DNA from: a virus | Virus record (IMG/VR): IMGVR_UViG_3300045125_000064 | Coordinates: 100,383 to 164,382 of that record | Length of the DNA: 64,000 nt | Direction: 5' to 3' (one strand) | Shown: one piece after another, positions 45,935 to 58,136 of the stretch | How positions within the stretch are numbered: position 1 is the first letter of the stretch | Layout of the letters: every line of letters begins with the position of its first letter | Made by a program: the position numbers and the translations under genes | The notes under the pieces: model-generated | Seen by the model: only the letters and a program-made list of their open reading frames with translations | What the model was told of the DNA's origin: nothing | Database searches by the model: none

Positions 45935-46011
45935 GTTCCTGTAGTTTAGCGGTTAGAACGGCAGACTTTCAATCTGTCAGGCCTCAGTGCAAATCTGGGC
46001 GGGAATCACCA
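45935..46011 (+). tRNA. tRNA-Glu(TTC)
   Basis: GTTCCTG/CGGGAAT, GCAGA-CTTTCAA-TCTGT, CTCAG-TGCAAAT-CTGGG, CCA. Confidence 0.85.
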
Positions 46012-46125
46012 AAACCCCAACAATTCTGTTCTATTATGATCACCTTGACGGATCAAGCTATCATACACTTTAATGACGGCTAGCATCTATCTAAACTCTT
46101 TGGCAGAATTGAAATGTTTGTTTAT

Positions 46126-46154
46126 TTGCCACATATGCAAATATGTGGTACAAT
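46126..46154 (+). promoter_or_regulatory. sigma70-like promoter with palindromic spacer
   Basis: TTGCCA-CATATGCAAATATGTGG-TACAAT. Confidence 0.75.
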
Positions 46155-46900
46155 ATAAGCACAAGGGCAGAGACAATCTCTTGTTCTAGATATAGGATTA
46201 CATTTAATCAATGATCTTCCGGTTATGCTGGAAACAAAAAAACTCTTATATCACTTTTTGGCAAGAATTAATCTGGAGAACATAAAAATGAGTAATGATC
46301 TCAATGAGAACGATTTTCAATTTATTTCTCCTTTCACAAAGGGTATGTTTTTTCTTTCACATTATCCAAATGCATCCTCATTGCTCAATGAGCTTGGAAT
46401 TGATGTGTAAAGATGAAGTGAGGGAATTTCTGGAAGGGCAAAAGGCTTTGAAAGAAAAAGGTCCAAATTATACAGCAGAAACTTGTCTGGCTCAGATCCT
46501 TCATTATTATAATGGCTCCCAACATAAGGGACCAAAAGTTCCGTTATACCAAGCAAGAACTTGATGGCTATTTTCTCTTGATTCCTCAAGACGAACAAGA
46601 TAAGGTTATGGCTTGGCTGAATGAAAATGGTTATGACAAATATATCATGGTGAAGTGAGAAATGATTTACGCTCTTCTGTTTATCTGTGTTGCAATTATT
46701 GTTTTTTGCTTTCTCTTTCATGTTTGGAAAGATATTCAAAAAGAGCCTCATATTGGAGTTCCATATTATTCAAAAAATAATGGCAGTGAGTTCCTGCTTA
46801 TGTTTATTCTGTTACAGATGGATGGGTTCAATATTCCATTCGACAAAATGGTCCAACTTTTTATCATGAAAGTATGGGAATTCAATTTGGAATTTAAAGA

Positions 46901-47568
46901 ATGAAACAAAATTTGGTAAAATCTTCTGTGATATGGATTGGCGTTCTTGTTGACTTTGAGGGAAGCTGAAATGCTCAGAGTTCTCAATAATGCAATTGCT
47001 GATCTCATGATGGCATATCATCTGGATAACAACCTTCCATATATTCCAGCAGCCTTGAATAAAAAGCTAATTCTGAGAGTTATCAAAAAAGGATTAAGAA
47101 GAGGGCAAATGCAGCATTTGATTCTGTTCCAGAAATTAAAGCAGATGAAGCTTTTGTAAAAAGGATTTCTCGTATCATTATCTTGGTTATCTTGCCGGTC
47201 ATTTCTTCTCTGTGGGAATGTCTTCCATTGAGAGATGGAATTGAGCCTTCTATGGCCATTTCTGCAATCCTTCAATAAAGAGGTCTATCTTCTCTGACTG
47301 CTGGATTGCAGGATGATTATTCCCCTTTCATGAATTGTGGAATGGGAAAGAGAGATTGGGCAGAAAAATGGTTGAAGCCAGATCCAAAATCCTCTCATTC
47401 TATGTCCTTGCGAAACAAAAGAGGAAATATGCTGTCGTTGATGGTATTCCAAATGTCTTGATTGATGACAAGAGGAAACAATCAAGGGCTGGATTGAGGA
47501 TGGTGGAATTGGGTTTCTGCACATTCCAGGTCAATCTGAAGAAACAATTCAGAAAATTAAGAAGGTAA
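46901..47568 (+). CDS. HAD-family 5'(3')-nucleotidase-like phosphatase (frameshifted)
   Basis: IFCDMD-GVLVDF (DxD motif I), PIILTA, GKERW, VLIDDK, GGIGFLH. Confidence 0.75.
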
Positions 47569-47570
47569 TT

Positions 47571-47930
47571 TATGAATAAAAAGCAAGCTGTTGTTGCATT
47601 GATTCAACATCCAGATAATCAAATCTCTTTCCTTTCTGTTTCAAGGAAGAATAATCCAAATCATTTTGGGCTTCCTGGTGGAAAGGTTGAGGAAGAGCGA
47701 GGATAATGTTGAAGCTCTTATTCGGGAGATTAAAGAAGAAGTTGGCTTAATCTATTCTTGATACAATGCTTCCATCTTTCATTTACGAGGAAACAGATGT
47801 TGAAGGTTATCATATAACTTGCTATGATCTTTATATCTCATCCTATCAGCATGATTCTCAAGAGGTTTCAGCATTTCTGAAAACAGCAGAGGATAATCCT
47901 CCACTTGAAGGAATGTTAAGTGCAAATGGC
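47571..47930 (+). CDS. Nudix hydrolase (frameshifted)
   Basis: FGLPGGKVE....ALIREIKEEVGL Nudix box. Confidence 0.8.
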
Positions 47931-49362
47931 TGACAAAAAACCAGCTTTGTGAACCAAGCATTTCACCATTTGCTGATTATAACAAAAAGCATTCTCTGCA
48001 TTCTATAAAACTTATGGTGGCTTTGCAAGAATGACAATTGGTAATTTTCATGATTTTGTCTTTGTTGATTGAAGGAGTTAATATGCATCCTGACATTCTA
48101 AACAAACCTATTCCAATTCCATACAAAGATTGGACAATTACTCTGAATAAGAATGCAGAGTTTGTTCTCTGCGCAATCAAATTCAGTGAAGATTGCAAGA
48201 AGAATGAATATATTTGGATCACTCAAGATGGAAAGCTGATCTTTGATCTCTGTCCAGATCCTGTCTTTGGAAGTATGACAATTCCTGTTGATCTTGTTTC
48301 TGAATTGATTTATCAATATAAGCAATTGATGGGTCAACCCAAGCTTCTTGGGGGATCATTGTCATAGGAAATTTTCTTTTAAAGTCGAAGGGGTTGAAGC
48401 TGATCAGTCAATTCTTCTTATTCAAAATAAGAATGGAGAAGGACTGGATTTAACAACTGGCTCATTTGATATCGTTTATGATATGTTGGATGATCTGCAA
48501 TGTTATTATGAAGAAAGACTTCCTTTGATATATGGATATGTTAGTGCAACCAAAATTATTGAAGAAAGATTGAAAATTATCAAACAAATGAAACAAAATC
48601 TTGACATTCTTTATAGCGAAAAATGAAAAAGTTGACCAGACGAGAATTCTTATTCTCAATTTTAAAACTGTTTGGGATTAATAATAAAAATGATTGATGT
48701 TAAAAAATATCTGAGTCCAGAAGCAAGGGCAAAGTGGATTAAGGCGGGTCATCCATATGTTCAGGGAAAGTATTATAACAATTATAGTGCTATGCCAAAA
48801 CATCCAGTTGAATTCACTGAAACAGAAGAAAGTGAAGAATTATTGTGTATAGATGATAGCACTTACTATAATGAAGAAGATATAGACAATCTAATTGAAA
48901 AACTCCAAGAATTAAAGGATACATCTTGTTCCGTCTGTACATATCGAATCTAGTGTTGAATATCTTGACTATCGTGGTAATGGGGCATATACTGATAACT
49001 ATAAATTCATTCTAAAGAAATCTGTCAAAACTAAAAATCCTAATTATGAAAAAGAATTAGAATATTGGCAAGAATGCATAAAAGTTGAAGATGAAGAAGA
49101 AAAACAAGCAGAACAAATTTTTGCTGAATGGAGAATATGGAGAAACAAAGAACTTGAAAAAGATAAGCAAAAGAAATTGATGCTGCAATTAAATTGCTAA
49201 AAGATGCTGGAAAGTGGCCATTATGAGTCGATTAAAAAACATAATTTTATCAGGATGTTTTGCAGCAATGATAACATCCCAAGCTGATCATGGTGGAAGA
49301 GCTGTTCTTTGTTTTGTATTGGGATTTCTATTTTATGTTATTCTTGAGGATTTATTGCCAAA

Positions 49363-50402
49363 ATGATTGAGAATTTATCTCTATGTATCATCGTAAAAGA
49401 TGATGAAGAAAATATTAAAAGACTTGTTTCAAAGGCAAAACAATATATCTCAGAAGTTATTGTGGTTGATACAGGTTCCAAAGATGGAAGTGTTGATGTT
49501 GCATTGGATTCTGGAGCTTTTGTTGTTGGTGCAAATCATTTGCTAAATCCTGAAACTGGATTCATTGATTCTTTTTCAGAGGCAAGAAAATTATCTTTCC
49601 AATATGCGAACAATGATTGGATAATGTGGCTTGATTCTGATGATGATTTATCAGATTGGGAAATACTAAAGAATGTTATTTCTGAAGCTGAAGAAAAAGA
49701 AAAGAACATGGTCCTGGATTTAATGTAAGATTAAACTATCAATATTCCTTTGATAAAGGAAAATGTGTTCAAAGTTTCTCAAGAGAGAGAATTGTTCACA
49801 AAGATGATGGATGGTTTTGGAAAAGACCAGTTCATGAATATCTGACAAGAGATGGTGAACAGATAGAATGGAATTGTCCATATGTGGATGTGATCCATCT
49901 ATCAGAAGGTGCAAGAGGAATTGCGAATGATAGAAATTTAAACATTTTGCTAAATGGAAAGAGCAACCAAATCTATCTCAAGATGATTTAGATGTTATTT
50001 GTTATTATCTTGGTGATGAATACAAATTTAGAAATCAATACCAAACAGCTTTTGAGAGTTATTGTCTTGTTTCTGATGATAATTTCACCTGGAAAAATTA
50101 AATCTGATTTTCGTTCAGCAGAAACTTTATTTTCTTATTATTGTCAAAAATCTGTTCCACCACTTAAACACCACCCAATTCCATACTTGCAACATTTAAC
50201 CAACAAATATATAGAATATATAAATTTTAGGTGGTTATTGACTTATGCTCTCTATGGCTACGGTTTGATGGATGATGCAAAAAGAATATATGAGCAAGGG
50301 CTGGAAATGCAAAAGAATGTTCCAATAAAATTGGTTCCTATGGAAAATTCATATTTTTATCAAACAGTTGAATCTCTTTACGAGAAACTATTGGATTCAT
50401 AA
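49363..50402 (+). CDS. Glycosyltransferase family 2 with helical (TPR-like) C-terminus (frameshifted)
   Basis: LSLCIIVKDDE..IKR, VIVVDTGSKDG, FSEARK.S....DWIMWLDSDD. Confidence 0.8.
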
Positions 50403-50536
50403 AATGACCCAGCCATATCACTTTTCATATGTCCTTGAAGCTTATACCAGACATGAGATTCCAATAACTGCATTGATGGATTATTATGATGCCAAGAGAT
50501 ATTTTGATAGTTATGGAATGAGGATCAAATTTTATC

Positions 50537-50565
50537 TTGCACTTATCTCAAATAAGTGGTATAAT
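50537..50565 (+). promoter_or_regulatory. sigma70-like promoter
   Basis: TTGCAC-17 nt-TATAAT with GTGG before the -10. Confidence 0.65.
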
Positions 50566-51379
50566 ATATGACAACCTGGGAATAACAGAGCCAGCGAGGC
50601 ATAATGATTTGTGTTCACTGTGAAACTTGAATTTGATATCAATTCTCCTTGAAAAAAAGAAAGCAGGGGAAAGATTAATGAATGTTCTGATTGTGCCGAA
50701 GAAACCCATATTCCCTATCTTGGCAGCCCAATCTGCTGATGCAAAAGCATCAGGTGTGACAATTCTTTCATTTGGAAACAATCAAGATCGTGATAATTTT
50801 GCTTCTTATTGGCATAACAACAGCGGAATGAATAAGGGAAAATCCTGTCAACTTGGAACTCATCTTTCAACAACTCCCAAGGCTTCTTTCAAAAAAATCT
50901 ATGAAGCAGGTCTTGGAATGAATCATAAAGGCAAGATGAATTGAAGGGAGATCATAATATGAAAGAGTTCAAAACAAAAACAATCTATGTTATTGAAGTT
51001 GAGGGAGAACCTTCATATTCTACATTTGATTTTAATGTTGTTCTTGACCTAGAGAGCACCTTAAAACAAAAAGGTTATAATGTTAAGATCAGAAATGTGA
51101 TGCATATTGATCCAATTGAATCAGAAGAATTCCTCCAAGAAACACCAGATTTCTTTGAGAGTCATTGACGAATGAAAAAGAAATTTAAAGAACACAAAGG
51201 TTATGTGATCAGAGCAGTCAATTACAATCAAACTGTATTTTATTCAACAACAGACCCGGACATTGCTCTTCAAATGAAAGAAGAACTTGAAGGGAAATTT
51301 GATGTTGTTGATATTATTGAAGCATTGTGGTTATGCCCTATTATTGAATCTGAACCAATAAAATTTGATTGGGAATAAA

Positions 51380-51818
51380 ATGAATCAGAAAAATATTATC
51401 AATTCATTCACAGAAGGCAATGCTTTTCTTTTTCAAATTTCTTTCCCTCTCCAATCTTTGTATTTGGAAAGAAATTCCCAACTGTTGAACATGCATTTCA
51501 AGCTCAGAAATCAGAAGATGAAAAAGAGCAAGAAGCAATTCAAAAGGCACCAACCCCATTCAACGCCAAGCAAAAGGCAAGAAGGTCAAATCTTTCAAAA
51601 AGAATTGGGATTCAATCAGGGTTGATATTATGAGAGAATGTCTTGTTGCAAAGTTTGGGCAAAATCCAGAATTGATGCAACTGCTGAAAGACACAGGAGA
51701 TTCAATTTTGATTGAGGGAAATTCTTGGGGAGATCAATTCTGGGGAGTTTGCAATTCTGTTGGAAAGAATTGGCTTGGAAAGCTATTGATGGAGATTAGA
51801 GATAAGCCAGATGCTTGA
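51380..51818 (+). CDS. NADAR (YbiA-like) domain protein (frameshifted)
   Basis: FLSNFFPS, FPTVEHAFQAQK, AKFGQNPEL..LLKDTGDSILIEGNSWGDQFWG....GKNWLGKLLMEIR. Confidence 0.92.
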
Positions 51819-52031
51819 ACTTATTATCTGGTTTATCTTAAACCTGCTCAATCAAACTGCAAAGCATTTGAAACAAATGAGCAATGCAGTCCTTGGAATC
51901 AAGAATATATCTGCGAAATGAAAAGAGCTATTTGTCTGCAATGATGATTGCAGATGTTTGGAAGAAAACGAAGAAATCCATTGTTTTATGGATGAACCAG
52001 TGGCATGTTGCCAATATTGAAAGGAAAGAAA

Positions 52032-53609
52032 ATGAATAACAATCTATTTGGTGTTGATTATAATAAGGGAAAGAAAGGACAAGTGAAGGCAACCAATGCT
52101 GTCAATGAAGCAGGAATGGCTGCATATCTATTGGAAGATGCTTGATACATTGGCAAGGCTTGCTGTCATTGGAACATTCAATGGCACATATTATGTCTCT
52201 GGTCAGCAAATGATGGACAATTTTAACGAATTGCTTCCAAAGGTGAGTCCAGAGTTTGTGGCAAAACTTGCTGTTTATGCAAGGCAATCTGGGTTTATGA
52301 AAGACACTCCAGCATTCCTGCTGAATTACCTTTCAACTCTGGAAGATAAAACTCTTGTCAGCAAAACCTTTGACAAGGTTGTTGATAATGTTCGAATGTT
52401 GCGAGGATTTTCAAAGATTCGCATGTCTGGCGCTGTCAACAAAAACAAGATGGCATCAGGTCAAGTCAAGCGTCTATTGAAGAACTTCTTTGATCATATG
52501 TCAGCAGAGCAAATTTTCAAGAATTCTGTTGGCAATGATCCCTCAATGAAGCAATTGATCCATTGGGCACACATCAAACCAAATACTCCAGAGAAGCAAG
52601 AGCTTTTCAAATATTTCTTTGATAAGCCCTATGATGTTGAGAAGTTGCCAAAGAATCTTCAGGAATATCTGGAATTCTGCAAGGATCCAGCAATTGCTCC
52701 TGTTCCCAATGTGGAATTTCGTCAATTGACTCATCTCAAATTGACCAAGCAGAATTGGGAAGATATTGTTAAAAACATGGGCCATCATGCTCTTCGCATT
52801 AATCTCAATGCATTGACAAAGACTGGTGTTTTTGATAACAAGAATATCCGCAAATATGTTGCAGAACGTATTGCAGATGAAAAGGAAATTGCCAAGTCAA
52901 AGTATTCCCATATCAAATTATGGCAGCATTGCTGAATTTGGATGATGATGTTCCTGGAGATATTAAACAAGCATTGCAGGATGCTCTTCAATTGTCTTTG
53001 GACAATGTTCCAACATTGATTGGCAAGACAGCAATTGTGGTTGATGTATCTGGTTCAATGAGTGGATCTGTAAATGGTGGATATGGCAGCAATGCATCAA
53101 AAATCCGTTATGTGGATGTTGCAGGTTTGATTGCATCTTGCATTCTGAAGAAGAATCCAGAAGCAAAACTTGTCTGTTTTGATAATCGACTTCATCCAAT
53201 GAATCCAAAGAGCAGCAATTCTGTTCTGGAAAATGCAAAGGAAATTGCCTCATTTAACGGTGGTAGCACAAATTGCGCATTGGGAATGAGTTGGGTTGCC
53301 GACAATATGCCAGATGCAGATAACATTATCTTCATTTCTGACAGTGAAGCAAATGAGCAAATTACCTCTACATATTCATATTCTCGCACTAGCAGTGCAT
53401 ATGATCAATTCCTAAAGTGCAAGAATGCAAAGCTTTTGAGCATTGATATTCAACCAGGTTTGACTCTTCAGCTTCCAAAAGATGATAAGAAGATTCTGCA
53501 TGTGTCTGGATTCAATGATCAAGTGTTTGAATTGATGGGTTATTTCTTTGATAAAGATGCCAAAACCAAGCAATTGGTTGATTTGGTGAATGAGGTGAAA
53601 ATTGGATAA
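52032..53609 (+). CDS. Ro60/Rsr-like TROVE-domain RNA-binding protein with C-terminal VWA (frameshifted)
   Basis: VNEAGMAAY, LAVIGTFNGTYY, LAVYARQSGFMKD, ALRINLNA, TAIVVDVSGSM, GGSTNC, IIFISDSE. Confidence 0.88.
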
Positions 53610-53946
53610 CAATCAAGGGCTTCAAGTTATCATTCATAAGTCTGTTCCTCTAAACAAGGTTCTGGGTTTTCTGAATGAGAAATATGACACAGTTTCTTCT
53701 TGTGATTTGCAAGAAGATTTAACCATCGGAATTGACATTGGAACGATTGATTCTTTAACAGGAAAGATTGTTCCAACATCTGTTTCTGATGAGGAAGCAA
53801 GAGATATTCTTAAGTTCTTCTATGGACTTGTTCAAAAACAGGAAATTCGACAAGGAACATTCCAGCTTATTCCATATGAATTTTAATAAATAAAAAAGGT
53901 TTAACAATCCTTTCCAACGCCATCAAAAGATGGATAAAAGGCAAGC

Positions 53947-54444
53947 ATGGCATCAGATCGAAATTTTTATGATCCCAAATATAAGCCATATGATGGCTGG
54001 TATAAGGAATTTATTGTCAATCTCAGGTTGAATTATCATTTGTTATTCACATGATGGATCTCGGAAAAAGGTTAAGAGAAACAAGGAAGCATTTCCCTAT
54101 TTTTATAACAATCGCCAATTTGATTATATTCCAGATTTTACCATTGATGGAAAATATTATGAAGTAAAAGGCTCACAAAAAGAGCATCAAGGAATCAGAT
54201 CCAATCAAATGGGAAACATTCCGCAATGTTCATAAGCAGAATCTTGAAGTCTGGACAGATGTTCAAATTGATCCAATTCAAGAAGCAATTCGCAATAAAT
54301 ACAAGGTCAAAAAGGTCAAGGATTTATATGAGCAAAAAGATGTGGTTTATGAGCCAACAGCAAATGCTGAGCAAAATGCTGCAAAAACTCAAGAAAAATG
54401 TCAAGAATTTCTTGACAAAGAAGAGAAGCAAGAAGAAAAGTTAA
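53947..54444 (+). CDS. PD-(D/E)XK endonuclease, possibly homing-endonuclease-like (frameshifted)
   Basis: Joined frames give GWYKGIYCQSQVELSF...FPYFYNNRQFDYIPDFTIDGKYYEVKG. Confidence 0.65.
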
Positions 54445-55011
54445 AACCTCATTTTCTTTGCATATGATACAGAAACAGGTGGTTTGGATTCAACAAAACA
54501 TTCAATCTTAACCTTCCACGGAATTCTCTTAACCAAAGATTGGCAAATTATTGATGAAATTGGTTTTAAGCTAAAACCAGATGATGGTGATTATTGCATC
54601 ACAGCAAAGGCATTGCAAACCAATCAAATCAATATTGCAGAGCATGATAAAGAGGCAAAGACATATTCGGAATGTGGAGAGGAATTGCTAAAGTTTTTCT
54701 CATATTATTGTGAAAATGGTTCTCCATTCCCAAAACGTTTGTTTGCTGCTGGTCAAAATATTCAATTTGATCGACCATTTGCTGGGTTGTTTGCAGAGAA
54801 AGCATTTGAAAAATATATGACAAGAGGTGGCGTTGATTTATATTCGTTATCTCTATCATTAAATTCTCTTGGAAAGATTCGGAATCTCAAGAATTATCAG
54901 CTTGGAACAATGGCCAAATTCTTTGGTATTGATTTTCAAGCGCATGATTGTAAAGAAGATATTCATACAACTGTTAAGTGCATTGTTAAATGTTTGGAGC
55001 TTATGAAATAA
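54440..55011 (+). CDS. DEDDh 3'-5' exonuclease (DnaQ/epsilon-like)
   Basis: AYDTETGG (ExoI), AGQNIQFD (ExoII), AHDCKED (ExoIII). Confidence 0.85.
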
Positions 55012-56094
55012 ATGCTAAAATATGTGGATGTTATTGTGGATCTCCAATATGGAGATTCAGGAAAGGGAAAGATATCATATAATCTTGCAAAGACTGGAGA
55101 TTATAATTTATGCATGAGAGTCAATGGTTCTCAGAATGCAGGACATACCATTTTTCATAATGGTAAAAAATTCGTGACTCACATGGTTCCTTGTGGAATC
55201 TTCCATGGTATTGAGTGTTATATTGGTCCTGGATGTGTTCTCAATCTTGACAAATTTATCAAAGAAGTTAAGGATTTAAGAGAACAAGGGTTTAATAAGG
55301 AAATTTATGTTGCATCAAATGTTCATTTGATAACAGATGAACACATTGCGGAAGACTCTAAAGATGAAAAGATTGGAACAACCAAATCTGGTGTTGGGCC
55401 TTGCTATCGAGATAAGTATTCAAGAGTTGGAAAAACATTGGGAGAATATCTTAAAGAGACAGATGGAGTTTATATTAAATTGTTTGATTTGAATATAAAA
55501 ATCTCAGGAGATCTTAAAATTCCAGACTTTGAAAAACAAAGTATAATCAGAGATATCCATTGTATTCCAAGTCTTAATTTAATTGAATCTAAAATTCTTG
55601 TTGAAGGTGCTCAAGGTTTTTATCTTGATATTGATTGGGGTGATTATCCTTATGTCACGTCAAGTCATTGTGGAGTAGGAGCAACCGTTTTGAACGGAAT
55701 TCCACCACAAAAGATCAGAAAGGTCTATGGTGTTATCAAACCATATGAAACATATGTTGGAGCAAAGAAATTCCAGCCAGACAATAATTATGGCTTGGAA
55801 AAACTTCAAGAAATTGGCAAGGAGTTTGGGGCAACAACAGGGAGAAAGAGACAATGCAATTGGCTGAATCTTTCAAGACTTTATTATGCAATTGCAGCAA
55901 ATGGAATCACAGATCTTATCATTAATAAAACAGATGTTTTCCAAGATGTTGGATATTTCTGTTATTATAATATGAATGGAGAGCTAGAGCAACAATCCAA
56001 GCTTGAAGATTTTATGAATGTTGTCGAGGCTCTTGCAAAATCTGTAAATTCAAATATCAATGTAAAATGGTCATATTCTCCAGATACAATTTAA
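55012..56094 (+). CDS. purA: Adenylosuccinate synthetase
   Basis: QYGDSGKGK, NAGHT, IGTTKSGVGPCY, EGAQG..LDID.G.YPYVTSS, GATTGRKRQC; intact 360 aa. Confidence 0.95.
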   Translation: MLKYVDVIVDLQYGDSGKGKISYNLAKTGDYNLCMRVNGSQNAGHTIFHNGKKFVTHMVPCGIFHGIECYIGPGCVLNLDKFIKEVKDLREQGFNKEIYVASNVHLITDEHIAEDSKDEKIGTTKSGVGPCYRDKYSRVGKTLGEYLKETDGVYIKLFDLNIKISGDLKIPDFEKQSIIRDIHCIPSLNLIESKILVEGAQGFYLDIDWGDYPYVTSSHCGVGATVLNGIPPQKIRKVYGVIKPYETYVGAKKFQPDNNYGLEKLQEIGKEFGATTGRKRQCNWLNLSRLYYAIAANGITDLIINKTDVFQDVGYFCYYNMNGELEQQSKLEDFMNVVEALAKSVNSNINVKWSYSPDTI

Positions 56095-56248
56095 TTTAAC
56101 AAAAAGGTTTGCAAAATGTCTTTTGGTCTTCCAGCAAAAAGAAGAATGATTCAGCTTGGCATGAAAATGGATTCATTTATGATCTATATTCAATGTCTCC
56201 AAACTATACAAATCTTCACTCTTTTATGAAAGAATCTTTTTCTCAAAG

Positions 56249-57443
56249 GTGCCTGTTAGAACAATTGAATTTAAGAAAAAGCTTATTGAAGGTTTGAAGC
56301 ATGAATGTGTTGAAGACATTCAATATACCAAAAGTGCATCTTCAACAACAGTAAATCCAGATTTTTATAAATGGTTTGCTGGCGTTCATGAAGAATATGT
56401 GGAATCTGCAATTGATCTTGTTATTAACAACATCAGAAATAAGTTTCCTAATATTGAAATCAATGAATTATATGATGATTCTTCTGAAGTTTCAAATAAA
56501 CAAGTTTTTATTTCTTCTCTTGGAAATCATGGAAGAAAAGACTTTGAGGAATGGAAGGTTTATTATTCACATGATATGAATATCGTATTTCGAGTTCAAT
56601 CATGTTTTTATTGTATTAATGAGGATGAAGAATTCTTTTTGAATACATTTATCTAAGTTGCTGTGTTGTTTGTTTTGATGACAAATATGATGACATTATT
56701 TCATCTTTACCAAAGGATGAAGAATATAAAATCTTTCAGGATCATGAGAGAAAGAAGAAGCCAAAGAAAACTGTGTTCGCATTGAGTGAATCAAATTCTG
56801 GTTCTTTCTATCTGGAAGAACTTGGAAAATTTGATCATAAGTTTCTTCCAGAGAATTATTCCAAGAAGGTCAATAAAGAAATTGAAGTTGCAAAACTTCA
56901 TCTTCAGAAAAAGATCCAAGAGGAAGAATGATCATTCTGAATGGAATTCCTGGATCGGGAAAAACTTCGCTTGTAAAATCATTGATTTCTGAATGTATGG
57001 GTAAGTTTGTCTATATTCCAGTTGAAATGGTTGAGAAAATGATGTCCCCCAATGTTTGGGGAACATTTCAAGAATATAAAGATGAAAACCATCCATATGT
57101 TCTTATTCTGGAAGATGCTGATGCTTATCTGTCAATTCGCAACAAAGAGAACGCTTCAAAGATTTCTCACTTGTTAAACATTGGTGATGGCATTGTTGGA
57201 GCTTCATTGGATATTCGCATCATCGCAACAACTAATGCAACCACAGATGATATTGATCCTGCATTTCTTCGTCCTGGAAGATTGAATTCTCTTGTTGAAA
57301 TTAACTCTCTCAACAAAGAGGATTGTATCAATTTCCTTAAGGTAAAGGGAAAAGAGCATATGATGGACCAAATTTCCGATAAAGAAGAATATACTCTTGC
57401 AGAATTGTATGCCATTGTGAACTATGACGCAAATGAGGGCTAA
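56249..57443 (+). CDS. AAA+ ATPase with N-terminal extension (frameshifted; 5' boundary uncertain)
   Basis: GIPGSGKT, LILEDAD, LLNIGDG, IIATTN, IDPAFLRPGRL. Confidence 0.75.
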
Positions 57444-57468
57444 ATAGGCACAGCCTCTTCACTTTCTA

Positions 57469-57497
57469 TTTGACAACCCTGCCAGGATCTGCTAGAC
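57469..57497 (+). promoter_or_regulatory. sigma70-like promoter
   Basis: TTGACA-17 nt-TAGACT with TGn. Confidence 0.55.
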
Positions 57498-58136
57498 TGT
57501 GCAAGGTGGCCAGGGTGCCACACCTTTACGGATCTTCGCTTAAAGAGGCTCAAAATGGATGCAACAAAGAAGATTGATTTGAATTTTCCTGATCGCATTA
57601 AGGATCGTCGAAAGTTTATCAATTGGTTGAAAGAAGAAAAGGGCGCAACTGTATTTCCTGATGGAACAATTCATTGGGTTGATTTCTGCCCTTTGATTGA
57701 TGTTGTTGTTTCCTGCAAGCTCATTGCTGAGGATTATGTCAACGGCAATGCAATCATTGAATTTGATAAGGATGTTGAAATTCTTGTCATGGATCGTGAA
57801 TATCATGAATTCATGTGGATTGATCCCATGAAGGATGAATCCTATTCTGACAAACTTCGTCGTTTCAAGTTCAACAATAGCCAGGATTGATCCATATCAT
57901 GAAACAAAGCCATTCTTTCAAATGGGGTGATCGAGTTTTGATCTCCAATAATAAAAAAATTGGTGGTCATGCTTATCACAATTGTTGGGGATTTGTCCAG
58001 GGGTTTGGCCCTTTGGATAATGACATTAGGGTCAGAATTCCGACAAAAGCCAAGACAATTCAGTCTATTGATGGGCTTGTGCCTTTTGATGTTTCTGAAT
58101 TGAAGAAGATTAGCCCTGAAGACATTTGAGGAAAAA

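Noticed and set aside
40674-46154. Repeated CATATGCAAATATGTGG read as a CRISPR repeat
   Set aside because: The copies are far apart or irregularly spaced, each sits between -35 and -10 boxes, and there are no cas genes or regular spacers.
55012-56094. PurZ (2-aminoadenine, Z-DNA pathway)
   Set aside because: The N-terminal motif is GDSGKGK, with the catalytic Asp of PurA; PurZ has Ser at that position. No DatZ- or MazZ-like neighbours were recognised.
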